A DNA stretch of 64,000 bases from Candidatus Woesearchaeota archaeon (GCA_964617015.1 CAZTVG010000001.1:46584-110583), one strand, 5' to 3'; positions 52,786 to 62,288 are shown, numbered from the stretch's first letter. Program-made: numbers and translations. Notes: generated from the sequence alone by a model not told the origin.

Positions 52786-55278
52786 TCAAGCCTCATCAAC
52801 TATTCCTGCCTCTGTCACAAAAAAGATTGTTTCATTGTCTGGCAGATTAGGACTGTCAATTAATTTAGCTACTCTTGAATCTTTCTTGCCTCTTCTCAGA
52901 TAGAGCCTGTAGGTCGAATTATGAACCACAAAACCATTAGCAATATAATTTTCATGTGAAGGAACAGAAAAATCATAAAATACTTCCTTTTTTTTATTCT
53001 CTGTAATATTAATCTCTCTTATTTTCTCAAATCTTAAATCAGACTTCAATAGATTAAAAATAAAATCTATTTTCTGTTTTATCTGCCTATCTTTTATTCT
53101 AGTATTCATTAAATCATTGAATGCTTTCTTTAACTCTCTTCTGCCAATCCATTTATAACTCTTATCTCTTGATTTAATAATCAAAGAAGGATTTAATCCT
53201 GCTGATTTTAATAAGCTCCGAATTTCTTCTCTATTTATAGGCATCATCTCCTTAGAATATGTTTTTTGAATCTTTTCGATAGATTCAATTAATCGCTTTT
53301 GTTTGTCTCCTGCTGTAAATCCAATCTGCAAATAGTTCCGAACATCCCTATTGGCAATTCTCAAAATAGTCATATTTTTTTTGCCTATATCAAATTTTAT
53401 TGTGGACCTTATCCCAAATCTCAATAAAAACAATTGAATGTATCTTATTATCTGCTTTCTCTTTTGAGCAATAGTAATCATTACTCTTTTTTTGTCTATA
53501 TGTCCTTCAGCATCGACAAATCCTTTAATAAAGCCCCTAACCACATCATTTTTACTCTTACTAATATAATCAAAAATATTTAACATAATGGGCTGAAATA
53601 AATCTCTAATTTCTTTTGAATTTATAGAGAGAGTATAGCAGTTTTTGTTTTTCATCTTAGTTATCTTTCCATCAACATTAAAAATCTCTTTAAACAAAAG
53701 ATTATAATTTTGCAAAACTTCAAATCTTTCATCTCTAAATCTTAATCCTCCTACTTCAAAATTACCATCACCTAAGAAATAACCACAAATCTGTCCAAGT
53801 TGAGGCGTCATTAAAGAGGATAAAACTAAATCTCTGTGTTTATGTGTCTGAACAGGAATCATTTGTAACTGTAATCTCCCTGAAAAATAGTTTTTAAGTT
53901 TATCAAACACTTCGGTATTTGTAGGGTATGACTGATTCAAAACTCTTCTAAAATGTCTCGGAGTTATTCCAATCTTTTCACAGATTTCTTTTCTTGTTAT
54001 ATTATCCTTCTTTAATTCTTCTGAAATAATTCTACTGTCTTTCTCAGATAACTTACCTATTTTTTTAACATTTACAAAAGGTAATCTTTGCTCTTGTCCT
54101 TCGATATTAATTTTTCCTGCTTGAACAATGAATTCACCTTCCTTCAAATCTTTAGCTTCTTTCTCAACAACTGAAAAACCATCCAATGTAAAAAATCTAT
54201 GCAAACCAGAACAATTTATCTGATTATTTGTCTTAATATTGTATTTTTTATCTATTTCTGGATTTGCAAAAACCATTTCAGAATTTGCATTTTCTAAATT
54301 CATATTTCTAAAATTTCCAGAAATTACTTTCTCCTGCTTCATATCCCTAATCTCTTTTATGCTTCCGTCTGCCAATTGGATTAAGCTATCTTCTGTCAGA
54401 CAAGCATGCCCTACAATATGTCCTCCTATTGCTGTTGTAGGGTCTCCAAAAAGCTGTGCAGGATTTGCCATAACCTGGTTTGTTACATAAACCGCAAGAT
54501 TGTATGTTTCCGCAAGTTTCATAAGGTGATGGATATATCTGTTGAGTCTTTGCTGCCTGTCTGCCAGTTGACCACGACCTGCAAATTCGGCACGAAAATG
54601 AGCTGTCAGGGAATCAACAATAAGAAGCTTGATTGGCTCTCCTTGTTTAATCATTTCTGAAATCTTGTCAAGAAGAAGAATCTGGTGGTCAGAATTAAAG
54701 GCTCTCGCAACAAATATATTTTTAAGGACTTTTTCAGGATTTGCGTTGAGTTTTTCTGCAATCTGCTTTATCCTCGAAGGCCTGAATGTTCCTTCAGTAT
54801 CAATAAAAACACACTTTCCATTGGTTCCTCCCTTATCCAATGGAAACTGAACATTCACTGCAAGAGTCAATCCTAACTGAGTTTTTCCAGAGCCATAAGC
54901 TCCAAAAGCCTCTGTAATTGCCCTTGATTCAATGCCTCTCCCACCCAAGAGTGAATCAAAATTTTTGCTTCCTGTTGTAATATTGTGAATGCTTTCTCTT
55001 TTCTTTGCATACTCTGTTCCATCAACAAAACCAAGGTCAAGCATCTTCCTTGCAGCCTGGATAGCTTTTCTTGCAATAGCTGTGCTTACCCCTGAAGTTC
55101 CTGAAAGATCTGAAGGAGTCATAACCGCAACAGACATAAGATCGTAAATTCCTGCAGACTCAAGTTTCGAAGACACTGCAGGACCTATTCCTGGGAGGTC
55201 GGTAAGCTTTAACTCTTTGTTTTCTTCCTTTTCAGAAACAGCTTCCTTAATCTGTTTAGCATCGTCTTTGACAGCCAT
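52786..55278 (-). CDS. radA: DNA repair and recombination protein RadA containing a 495-aa intein
   Basis: 830 aa. N-terminal HhH, Walker A GAYGSGKTQ, Walker B LLIVDS. Extein resumes STYRLYLRRGKKDSRVAKLIDSPNLP. Extein total 335 aa. Confidence 0.9.
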   Translation of the reverse strand: MAVKDDAKQIKEAVSEKEENKELKLTDLPGIGPAVSSKLESAGIYDLMSVAVMTPSDLSGTSGVSTAIARKAIQAARKMLDLGFVDGTEYAKKRESIHNITTGSKNFDSLLGGRGIESRAITEAFGAYGSGKTQLGLTLAVNVQFPLDKGGTNGKCVFIDTEGTFRPSRIKQIAEKLNANPEKVLKNIFVARAFNSDHQILLLDKISEMIKQGEPIKLLIVDSLTAHFRAEFAGRGQLADRQQRLNRYIHHLMKLAETYNLAVYVTNQVMANPAQLFGDPTTAIGGHIVGHACLTEDSLIQLADGSIKEIRDMKQEKVISGNFRNMNLENANSEMVFANPEIDKKYNIKTNNQINCSGLHRFFTLDGFSVVEKEAKDLKEGEFIVQAGKINIEGQEQRLPFVNVKKIGKLSEKDSRIISEELKKDNITRKEICEKIGITPRHFRRVLNQSYPTNTEVFDKLKNYFSGRLQLQMIPVQTHKHRDLVLSSLMTPQLGQICGYFLGDGNFEVGGLRFRDERFEVLQNYNLLFKEIFNVDGKITKMKNKNCYTLSINSKEIRDLFQPIMLNIFDYISKSKNDVVRGFIKGFVDAEGHIDKKRVMITIAQKRKQIIRYIQLFLLRFGIRSTIKFDIGKKNMTILRIANRDVRNYLQIGFTAGDKQKRLIESIEKIQKTYSKEMMPINREEIRSLLKSAGLNPSLIIKSRDKSYKWIGRRELKKAFNDLMNTRIKDRQIKQKIDFIFNLLKSDLRFEKIREINITENKKKEVFYDFSVPSHENYIANGFVVHNSTYRLYLRRGKKDSRVAKLIDSPNLPDNETIFFVTEAGIVDEA
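52918..54402 (-). mobile_element. intein (Hint domain plus LAGLIDADG homing-endonuclease domain) inside radA
   Basis: Starts CLTEDSLIQLADGS (block A), ends GFVVHN followed by +1 Ser. Internal LAGLIDADG motifs GYFLGDGNF and GFVDAEGHI. Inserted between GGHIVGHA and STYRLYLRRGK. Confidence 0.85.
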
Positions 55279-55298
55279 AAATCTTCAAGATAAAGCCC

Positions 55299-55308
55299 GT
55301 TTATAAAG
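55299..55308 (-). promoter_or_regulatory. TATA box (TTTATAAA) about 26 nt upstream of radA start
   Basis: Minus-strand CTTTATAAACGGG immediately upstream of the radA ATG. Confidence 0.4.
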
Positions 55309-55472
55309 ATTATTTAACTTCTAGATATATCTTGGAAAACCATTTTAAAAGCATAAAAATTTGAAGTAAATAAAAGAGTCTTAGACAGTTAAATAGATAC
55401 TTTAATTTAAACCGATACAATAAATTAGACTATATTAAAAATCTTCTCTGTAAATATAAAAATATCAATATT

Positions 55473-56417
55473 TTATTTCTCCAGTCTGCTTATGACTTCA
55501 TCAAGATTAACCTCTCTTACACTTTCTATTATAAGTTCAGGAGTATTAAAAAAAGCATTATTTCTGACATTTCCTGAGAAAATCATTTCTTTTCCCAGGA
55601 CAACTTCTTTTTGTGCGGTGAGTTTTTCAGAATCCTCCAGCTCTGTAAGACCAAGTTCAGAGATAGATTCATGAAACAAAACTGTCCTTATTGTCTCTGT
55701 TCCGTCATCAAGAACAATATTTGCAACAGCCCTTTTTTCAGGGATAACTTTGCCATGTTCTTTGCATAAAAAAACTTCTCCTTCTTGATTAACTTTCCTT
55801 TTGCATTCATTGCATACGTGAAAAAATCTTGGCTCAAAAATCTGGACAACAAAAGCCCTTACAGAAGCATTTTCTCCTTTCTTAAAATCAATTATGTTTT
55901 TTTCCCTGAAGGATTTTTCCGTGATAACTTCCCCCAATACTTCGTCACTTGGCTTTATTTCGGAAAAACTCCCCAAGTGCAATTCACTGTCTCTCATTGT
56001 TGCGTTGGAAATTTCAATGACTTTTCCTTCTGCAATCTCTCCTTTTTCAATTAATCCGATATGGTGCGTATCCCACAGAACAACCTTGATGTTTGATGAC
56101 TCATCTGCTATCCAAAAATTCACAACCTTGCTCTCTTCTCCCTTTTTTGTTTTAAATGTCCTTACAGGAAAAATCTCTAAAACCCTGCCAACAAGATTCA
56201 CTTTTCTCATTCCCGGAAGAAGTTCATCTATCTTCAGCCTTTCATTTTCAAAAGAAATTCCGAGCTCTGCAGCAATCACCTGCGCAGCACCCTCTTTGCT
56301 GATTAATCCGGAAAGTTTTGACCTTTTGGCTTCCACTCTTCTTTCCACTTCCTCTTTTTCAAGACCGGCAGAGCTTGCAATCTTCTCAAGAACCCTTTCA
56401 TAATTTCCCTGAACCAT
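55473..56417 (-). CDS. replication protein A-like ssDNA-binding protein (OB fold plus Zn ribbon)
   Basis: 314 aa. OB-fold region VNLVGRVLEIFPVRTFK...VVNFWIADESSNIKVVLWD, Zn ribbon CNECKRK...CKEHGK. Confidence 0.55.
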   Translation of the reverse strand: MVQGNYERVLEKIASSAGLEKEEVERRVEAKRSKLSGLISKEGAAQVIAAELGISFENERLKIDELLPGMRKVNLVGRVLEIFPVRTFKTKKGEESKVVNFWIADESSNIKVVLWDTHHIGLIEKGEIAEGKVIEISNATMRDSELHLGSFSEIKPSDEVLGEVITEKSFREKNIIDFKKGENASVRAFVVQIFEPRFFHVCNECKRKVNQEGEVFLCKEHGKVIPEKRAVANIVLDDGTETIRTVLFHESISELGLTELEDSEKLTAQKEVVLGKEMIFSGNVRNNAFFNTPELIIESVREVNLDEVISRLEK

Positions 56418-56499
56418 TTATGAAGAAAAAATCATTTCTTTTTAAGTATTGTTATTCTCTTTTAAATAAGTTTATAAATCTCTCCATTTAAACTAAAAT

Positions 56500-56772
56500 A
56501 TGGGAGTAGCAGCAGTCAAGATAAAATTAATGCCTGTATCTCCTGAAACAGACCTGAAAAAGATTGAGGAAAAAACGAAAGAAGTTCTGGCGAAAAACAA
56601 TGTTAAAAATCCTCAGTTTGAAGTTCAAAAAATAGCTTTTGGTCTTAAAGCGCTCATAGTTCTATTTGGTTGGCCAGAGGAAAAATCTCTGGAAGAATTA
56701 GAAGAAAATCTGAAGAAAATCAGGGAAGTAAATTCTGTGGAAGTTATTGATATAAGGAGGGCAATAGGATAG
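56500..56772 (+). CDS. elongation factor 1-beta (aEF-1beta)
   Basis: 90 aa. MGVAAVKIKLMPVSPETDLKKIEEK is typical of the aEF-1beta N-terminus. Confidence 0.7.
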   Translation: MGVAAVKIKLMPVSPETDLKKIEEKTKEVLAKNNVKNPQFEVQKIAFGLKALIVLFGWPEEKSLEELEENLKKIREVNSVEVIDIRRAIG

Positions 56773-56773
56773 T

Positions 56774-57397
56774 ATGTTAACTCCCCAGCAAACAGAAAAC
56801 ATCAGGAGACAAATAATTCAGCAAATAGAAAAATCTTTTCCTGAAGACAAAAAAGAATTTGCCAAGAGCCAGATAGAAGCCATGAATTCTGAACAGCTTG
56901 AAGGATTTTTAAATCAGAATAAACTCATGAAAACTCCCCAGATGTCTCAGGAATGTGTTTTTTGCTCTATCATCTCCGGAAATATCTCTTCTTATAAAAT
57001 ATCTGAAAACTCTAAAGCAGTGGCTGTTCTGGAAATAAATCCTGTTTCAAGAGGCCATTCTATTATAATTCCAAAAGAGCATATTTCAACTTCAGAAAAA
57101 GTTCATCAAAGCGTTTTTTCTCTGGCAAAAAAAGTTTCAAAGATGCTAAAAGAAAAATTAAAACCAAAAAATGTAACAACTGCTTCCCCAGATTTATTTG
57201 GGCATGAAATAATAAATGTTATTCCTGTATATGAAAACGAAAATCACGTTTCAGAAAGAAAGCCTGCAACACAGGAAGAACTCACGGAATTGCAAAAAAT
57301 TCTTGCAAAAACAGCCAGAAAAACACAGGGAAAAACAAAAAAAGTCAAAGTAGTGAATTCTGGGGGGAAAATCTGGCTACCAAAGAGAATTCCATAA
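56774..57397 (+). CDS. HIT-like domain protein with degenerate histidine triad
   Basis: 207 aa. CVFCSIISGNI...GHSIIIPKEHI HIT-like core, but the triad position reads GHEIINVIP (only the first His retained). Confidence 0.4.
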   Translation: MLTPQQTENIRRQIIQQIEKSFPEDKKEFAKSQIEAMNSEQLEGFLNQNKLMKTPQMSQECVFCSIISGNISSYKISENSKAVAVLEINPVSRGHSIIIPKEHISTSEKVHQSVFSLAKKVSKMLKEKLKPKNVTTASPDLFGHEIINVIPVYENENHVSERKPATQEELTELQKILAKTARKTQGKTKKVKVVNSGGKIWLPKRIP

Positions 57398-58219
57398 TCC
57401 TGTTTTCCATGAATAAAGCAAAATTAAAAAGCTAATTAAAAATACAGGAGAAAAAGGAATTCCGTGTCTTATCAAAACAGTTTTGTATTTTTTTCTTAAA
57501 GCGTTGATTTCTTCTTTCTTCAGTCCATCCCACCCTGCCTTTATATTTTTCCTCCCTACCTTGATGTCTTTGTAAAGCCAGTCTCCTTCTGTAAGCTGGC
57601 TGGTTTTTATTTTTTTTATCATGCAGGATTCATCAACTGCTTTTGCATAAAGATGCAAGTATGGAAGAATAAATATAATTATCCCGAAGTAAATCAGTAT
57701 AGCATTACTGAAAATACCGATTATCACCAAAATAATTGCCAAAAACAGAATGAGATTATAGATATTCTTGTTTTCTTTCAGTTGTTTTCCGAACTCTTTT
57801 CTGAATTTCCTGAAATTATTCAGACTAAAAGCCAGACTTACAGCCAAGCTGTAAACCGCGCCAACAAAAAGAAATATGAAAAGAAAACTCCCTAAAAGTT
57901 TCAGGTTCGCCGAAAAAGTTTCAGAAAAAGGCAAAACCGCTCCTAAAGCAATCATTAGTTTTGCGTCTCCTCCTGCAAACAATCTTCCGTAATAAAGAAG
58001 ATTTCCCAGGATGAAAAATATCAGCAAACCAATTAGGCCCTGATAAAAAAATCCAAAATTTCCTGAATGAAATAAAGAATAAAAAAACCTGAAACCGAGA
58101 GCAAAAATTACGAGGGAAAAATTAAGCCAGTTTGCAATTTCTCTCTTCTTCAAATCCTGAACAGTCGCAAAAACTATCCATATTAGTGCAAGAACTGATA
58201 AAAAAACAATTTCATACAT
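57377..58219 (-). CDS. prepilin/preflagellin peptidase (A24 family, PibD/FlaK-like)
   Basis: 280 aa polytopic membrane protein. DLKKREIAN and AGGDAKLMIALG (GxGDxKL) motifs. Confidence 0.55.
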   Translation of the reverse strand: MYEIVFLSVLALIWIVFATVQDLKKREIANWLNFSLVIFALGFRFFYSLFHSGNFGFFYQGLIGLLIFFILGNLLYYGRLFAGGDAKLMIALGAVLPFSETFSANLKLLGSFLFIFLFVGAVYSLAVSLAFSLNNFRKFRKEFGKQLKENKNIYNLILFLAIILVIIGIFSNAILIYFGIIIFILPYLHLYAKAVDESCMIKKIKTSQLTEGDWLYKDIKVGRKNIKAGWDGLKKEEINALRKKYKTVLIRHGIPFSPVFLISFLILLYSWKTGLWNSLW

Positions 58220-58497
58220 GATTAAAAAAGTATTTTTTTATTTATAAAATGTAGCAATCTAAATTGCTAGAAATGACAAATTGCAATTAACCAGGAGAGT
58301 GATTGGCAAGCTGAGAGGAAAACAAAAACTATTTCTTATTTTTTACTTGAATTTCTGCTTCTGTGGCCTCCTCCTTTCTTGTAAGGAAATCTTTTCTTTT
58401 CTCTTTTTTTATCACTTTTCTTTTTCCTTTTCTGGGGAAAAGCATAATCAGACATAAGAAGGTAAGAAAAAGATTCTTTAAATAAATTTTGAATTAA

Positions 58498-58836
58498 TTA
58501 CTGTGTGGGGCAAGTTATTGACGGGCATGCCTTTATATCATAATTTCTTGAGGCATATTCATCACTATTTGCCAGATTATAACAGGTCTCACTAAATTTA
58601 TCATTTGTCCCATCTTTAACTTCTCTTTCAACAGAACAATAATCAAAAGCACTTGAAGTAGAACAGGCAATACCGCAAGAAGTTTTAATGGTATCTATAT
58701 TATTTGTGGATACAAAAGGCAGAAGCCTGGCCCATCCTACTGTGAAACCCACTATAAGGACAACCAGAACAACCACCCCAAGAATTATCAAGATAATAGC
58801 ATTGGTGCTTAATCCCTGACCTCTTTTATCTTTCAT
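58498..58836 (-). CDS. pilin-like protein (class III signal peptide)
   Basis: MKDKRGQGLSTNAIILIILGVVVLVVLIVGF: basic N-terminus, RGQ, hydrophobic helix. Confidence 0.5.
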   Translation of the reverse strand: MKDKRGQGLSTNAIILIILGVVVLVVLIVGFTVGWARLLPFVSTNNIDTIKTSCGIACSTSSAFDYCSVEREVKDGTNDKFSETCYNLANSDEYASRNYDIKACPSITCPTQ

Positions 58837-58874
58837 ATCAAATTCAAGGTTATTTTGTTTAAAAATGTTTTTGT

Positions 58875-59192
58875 TTAAGGCAGTTTATATCTTATTTTTA
58901 AGTCATTTTTTTCCAGATAAAGATATCCTTCTTCAATATCCAGTGCTTTATTTATCTGTTCCACAGAAATGCCCCTACTCTTATAAAAATTGTATTCATT
59001 TATTTTTACACTGAACTCTTCCAGTACAGATACACTTGTAGAAAATTTTTTGAAACTGAAACTAGAAGAAAAAAAGCTTATTAGGGCTAGTGTGCAAATC
59101 ATAGCAACTCCCAGCACTAAAATTGTCACCGGAATATCTGCTTTACGATTTCTCATGAAGGAAGCGTTGCTAAAATATCTCTTGTTTTTCAT
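58875..59192 (-). CDS. pilin-like protein with conserved FSNASFMRNRKA leader
   Basis: MKNKRYFSNASFMRNRKADIPVTILVLGVAMICTLALISFF. Confidence 0.45.
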   Translation of the reverse strand: MKNKRYFSNASFMRNRKADIPVTILVLGVAMICTLALISFFSSSFSFKKFSTSVSVLEEFSVKINEYNFYKSRGISVEQINKALDIEEGYLYLEKNDLKIRYKLP

Positions 59193-59533
59193 CCTAACAC
59201 ACCCCTCATTTCATCAAGCTTAGCATCCAAGTCTGCATGAAATTCTTGTTGTTCCAGTCTGTTAAGAATAATGTTCTTCTTTGTATCATCTGCTAAAAAA
59301 TAAGCAAATAAGGATTTTTCCATTAACAAATCATCTTCTCTTTCAGTCTCAACAAATATTTTTTTTCTTGTCTGTGCTAATAAAAATGATGCATATACTG
59401 AAATAATTAAAATAACAATTATGATTATGGTGGCAACTACCCAGGTCATTGTTTCTCCTACCTGAGCCTTACGATTTCTCATGAAGGAAGCGTTGCTAAA
59501 AAATTGCTGAGTTTTTTGTCTTTTACTACGCAT
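59189..59533 (-). CDS. pilin-like protein with conserved FSNASFMRNRKA leader
   Basis: MRSKRQKTQQFFSNASFMRNRKAQVGETMTWVVATIIIIVILII. Overlaps its neighbours by 4-8 nt. Confidence 0.45.
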   Translation of the reverse strand: MRSKRQKTQQFFSNASFMRNRKAQVGETMTWVVATIIIIVILIISVYASFLLAQTRKKIFVETEREDDLLMEKSLFAYFLADDTKKNIILNRLEQQEFHADLDAKLDEMRGVLG

Positions 59534-60032
59534 TTTTTTCGGTTTTTCTTACAATCGATAAAATTTTAATTGAATAAATATCCCCTCCAGAAGTTAAAGA
59601 ATAAAATTCCCTTTCAATGCACTTTGCTAAATTCTCGTCCTCAATTTCTTTTTCAATCCCGCAACTTGAAATTAGATTTTTATTTCCTTCTGAAATATCA
59701 AAAACAAGGCTTTCTTCTTTGATAAATTCAATATTTAAATAAAACTGGCCTTGTTTATTCCACCCATAAACATCCTCGGTATTAAAATTTAAATTGCATT
59801 CTTCTAAAAAATTTTCCCTGGACTCTTCATTTAAAAATTCTTCTTTGAGGAATCCTGTAGCAAGTACCAAACAATCTGCAACATGATTCGTTAAAGCGTT
59901 GGCTTCTAATTCTCTTACATCATAAGGCTCACCATAAAAAATAGATACCATATAAACAATAGCTGCAGCCACTATGAACAAGATTGTAAACCAGTATACA
60001 GAGATTATCCTATCTGTCGCCTTTTTGTTCAT
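59526..60032 (-). CDS. pilin-like/minor pilin protein with N-terminal TM
   Basis: 168 aa, N-terminal MNKKATDRIISVYWFTILFIVAAAIVYMV. Confidence 0.4.
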   Translation of the reverse strand: MNKKATDRIISVYWFTILFIVAAAIVYMVSIFYGEPYDVRELEANALTNHVADCLVLATGFLKEEFLNEESRENFLEECNLNFNTEDVYGWNKQGQFYLNIEFIKEESLVFDISEGNKNLISSCGIEKEIEDENLAKCIEREFYSLTSGGDIYSIKILSIVRKTEKNA

Positions 60033-60421
60033 TTTTTATTTATCACAAAAAAATATTCCTCCTTGTTTGTTGTGTCCAAATTTGCATCAACCCTGACATC
60101 ATTAAAAAAGGAATATGAATAACCTCCTTTTTCCCTTAATTGAACAGTGATGATGTTATCACGAATCAGAACAACCTCCTTAAGATTCCTGCCTTCATCC
60201 AGCGCAGTTTCAATCGCATCTTCCATATTTAAGTGGATTATCATTCCAGGCTTTGCAGAATCGACAATTAATGCTATTTGCTTGGCATATTTTTCTTCCA
60301 AAACAGCAGAGCTTCCCATTTTTGTAAACAAGAACAAAACAAGTATTGAAAGAAAAACTAAATTTAAAACAATAAAAATTATGTTTTCTGTCAGAATATT
60401 TCCTTTCTTATTTTTTTTCAT
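60029..60421 (-). CDS. pilin-like protein
   Basis: MKKNKKGNILTENIIFIVLNLVFLSILVLFLF: G then hydrophobic stretch with Glu at +5. Confidence 0.45.
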   Translation of the reverse strand: MKKNKKGNILTENIIFIVLNLVFLSILVLFLFTKMGSSAVLEEKYAKQIALIVDSAKPGMIIHLNMEDAIETALDEGRNLKEVVLIRDNIITVQLREKGGYSYSFFNDVRVDANLDTTNKEEYFFVINKK

Positions 60422-60422
60422 T

Positions 60423-61343
60423 TTAAGACAAAGTAGTTATTGAGCTACACCCAAGTGTTCTAAACTCTTCTGAATTAACCTCAATTATCGAGGGCGAAAG
60501 ATATTCATTCCCGGATAAACCTTCAACAAGAATTCCTACAAAATATCCTCCAGCTCCTCCTCCTGCTCCTGCTATTGCTGCCACCCCAAGACTAATTCCC
60601 CATGCACCTCCTATGACAGGTGTAAAAACTATTGCTGCCACAGTTCCAACCCCGATTGCTGCCCATGTCAATTTACTAATTTCGCTTGTGATTCCCATCA
60701 TAACATAATACTGTTTATTCAAGTCCAAAGAACCAAACTCTACGCCTTGGCTACTAAATCGCTCTTTTAGACCATTTAAATCATTTGTGCCATATAAATA
60801 ATTGAGATAGGTTTCATCTTTTCCAATCACTTGATTGTCCTGCATATAAATATAAAGTCCTTCCTTATCAAGCGTGCCATCTGTTAACACTTCATTCACA
60901 CTGTCATCAAAAGCCACCTGTGCGCAGATTGAACAATAAAGGTTTTCTTTCAAATCACTGCCAACATAATTAATTTTTCCTTCCCCAAACATCCACCAAC
61001 AGGTAGCCAGCTCTTCTGCCAAGACACCATAAATCTCATCCTTGGTTTTTGCTTTTTCTATCACTGGCTTAGTCAAAACTTCACAACTACCATCATTTGT
61101 CAAGCACAGATAAGTACGTTGGCATTTTAATGGAACAGAGCCTGTTGGTAAAATAGAACTTCCTCTTGTAACAACAGAATTATGGCAGATTTCCTTATCT
61201 GTGATTTCTCCAAGATTAAGCCTGAAAAAAATAAATAAAACAATTACGAAGCTCACTATAAGAATTATCATAGTAACAATTTGGGTTGTTGTTAATTCTC
61301 CTTTGCGATTTTTCTTGAAAAATTGTTCTCTTTTGCTTTTCAT
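60423..61343 (-). CDS. pilin-like protein (306 aa) with Gly-rich C-terminal hydrophobic segment
   Basis: MKSKREQFFKKNRKGELTTTQIVTMIILIVSFVIVLFIFF. Confidence 0.45.
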   Translation of the reverse strand: MKSKREQFFKKNRKGELTTTQIVTMIILIVSFVIVLFIFFRLNLGEITDKEICHNSVVTRGSSILPTGSVPLKCQRTYLCLTNDGSCEVLTKPVIEKAKTKDEIYGVLAEELATCWWMFGEGKINYVGSDLKENLYCSICAQVAFDDSVNEVLTDGTLDKEGLYIYMQDNQVIGKDETYLNYLYGTNDLNGLKERFSSQGVEFGSLDLNKQYYVMMGITSEISKLTWAAIGVGTVAAIVFTPVIGGAWGISLGVAAIAGAGGGAGGYFVGILVEGLSGNEYLSPSIIEVNSEEFRTLGCSSITTLS

Positions 61344-61440
61344 CCTACAATTCCTATTTTTCTTAGCATGAAATAAATTCCCGCGAAAGCTAATCCAAAA
61401 AAAACAATCCAGGTTAAATATTTTATGAAACTTTCAAGGC

Positions 61441-61914
61441 TCATTTTTCTCTGATAATTATTTTACTTTCCGATTTTAATACTTCAACCGAGACAGAGGG
61501 GCTTTCTATTTTAATCTCTCCGAAATCCTCCAACTCTGGAACAATCTCACAGATACCTTTTCCATCACACTCTTTTATTTGTCTGTCAGTTACAAACAAT
61601 ATGGTATCAATAACATCATCACATATGCATAAACAATTTTCCCCAGAACAGGAGTTAGGTTTTTTTTCTCCAACAAAACTAAACAAATTCCATCCGGCAG
61701 GAGTTATGTCTGAAACCACCTCTTTGGATACTTCTTCATTCATTATGACATCTTTAAGCCTTTCCAAAGAAGATTCAGCCTTTATTCTGTTCTGGTTATC
61801 CACAGAATTAAAATAAAGAGATGTAAGAAAAAACGCCAAAAAGCCTATGGCAATTACTGCAAGTATCATTTTTAAGGTTTCTTCAGCAAGCAAAAATCCC
61901 TTTTTTTTCATCAT
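61441..61914 (-). CDS. type IV pilin-like protein (G-F..E+5 signature)
   Basis: MMKKKGFLLAEETLKMILAVIAIGFLAFFL resembles the bacterial/archaeal prepilin cleavage motif G|FxxxE. Confidence 0.5.
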   Translation of the reverse strand: MMKKKGFLLAEETLKMILAVIAIGFLAFFLTSLYFNSVDNQNRIKAESSLERLKDVIMNEEVSKEVVSDITPAGWNLFSFVGEKKPNSCSGENCLCICDDVIDTILFVTDRQIKECDGKGICEIVPELEDFGEIKIESPSVSVEVLKSESKIIIREK

Positions 61915-62075
61915 TTTAATAAAAACAAAATCACTTCTGAAGTTTCATTTCCCCCAAGATTTTGAAAAAAATCAATGACAGTATCCCTAAAAAAGAAGTA
62001 AATTCCAATAACCACAATTACAAAAACAAATACTCCAATAATTAGTTTTATGAGCTGGCCTATGGTTAATTCCAT
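61911..62075 (-). CDS. 54-aa single-TM protein (minor pilin candidate), not in ORF track
   Basis: MELTIGQLIKLIIGVFVFVIVVIGIYFFF... Stop overlaps the start of the downstream pilin gene (ATGA). Confidence 0.35.
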   Translation of the reverse strand: MELTIGQLIKLIIGVFVFVIVVIGIYFFFRDTVIDFFQNLGGNETSEVILFLLK

Positions 62076-62076
62076 T

Positions 62077-62250
62077 TTATCTTAACAAATTTTTTACCTG
62101 ATCAACTAAGGAAATTCCTTTTTCTTTAAGCAGAAAAATTGTAATCATGAGAATTACAAGAACTGCAACAGCTATTAAAATCCATGGAAGATAGTCAGAA
62201 ATAATGCCTCTACGAAATTTTGGAAAGACCTTATTGCCCCTTTTGTCCAT
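62077..62250 (-). CDS. 57-aa single-TM protein (minor pilin candidate), not in ORF track
   Basis: MDKRGNKVFPKFRRGIISDYLPWILIAVAVLVILMITIFLL... Confidence 0.35.
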   Translation of the reverse strand: MDKRGNKVFPKFRRGIISDYLPWILIAVAVLVILMITIFLLKEKGISLVDQVKNLLR

Positions 62251-62288
62251 GACTGAAAAAATAAAACTGATTTAATAAATTTAACTAA

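Noticed and set aside
58329-58445. 38-aa lysine-rich minus-strand ORF between pilin gene and prepilin peptidase
   Set aside because: It is a low-complexity K/E-rich translation of an A-rich spacer and is probably not coding.
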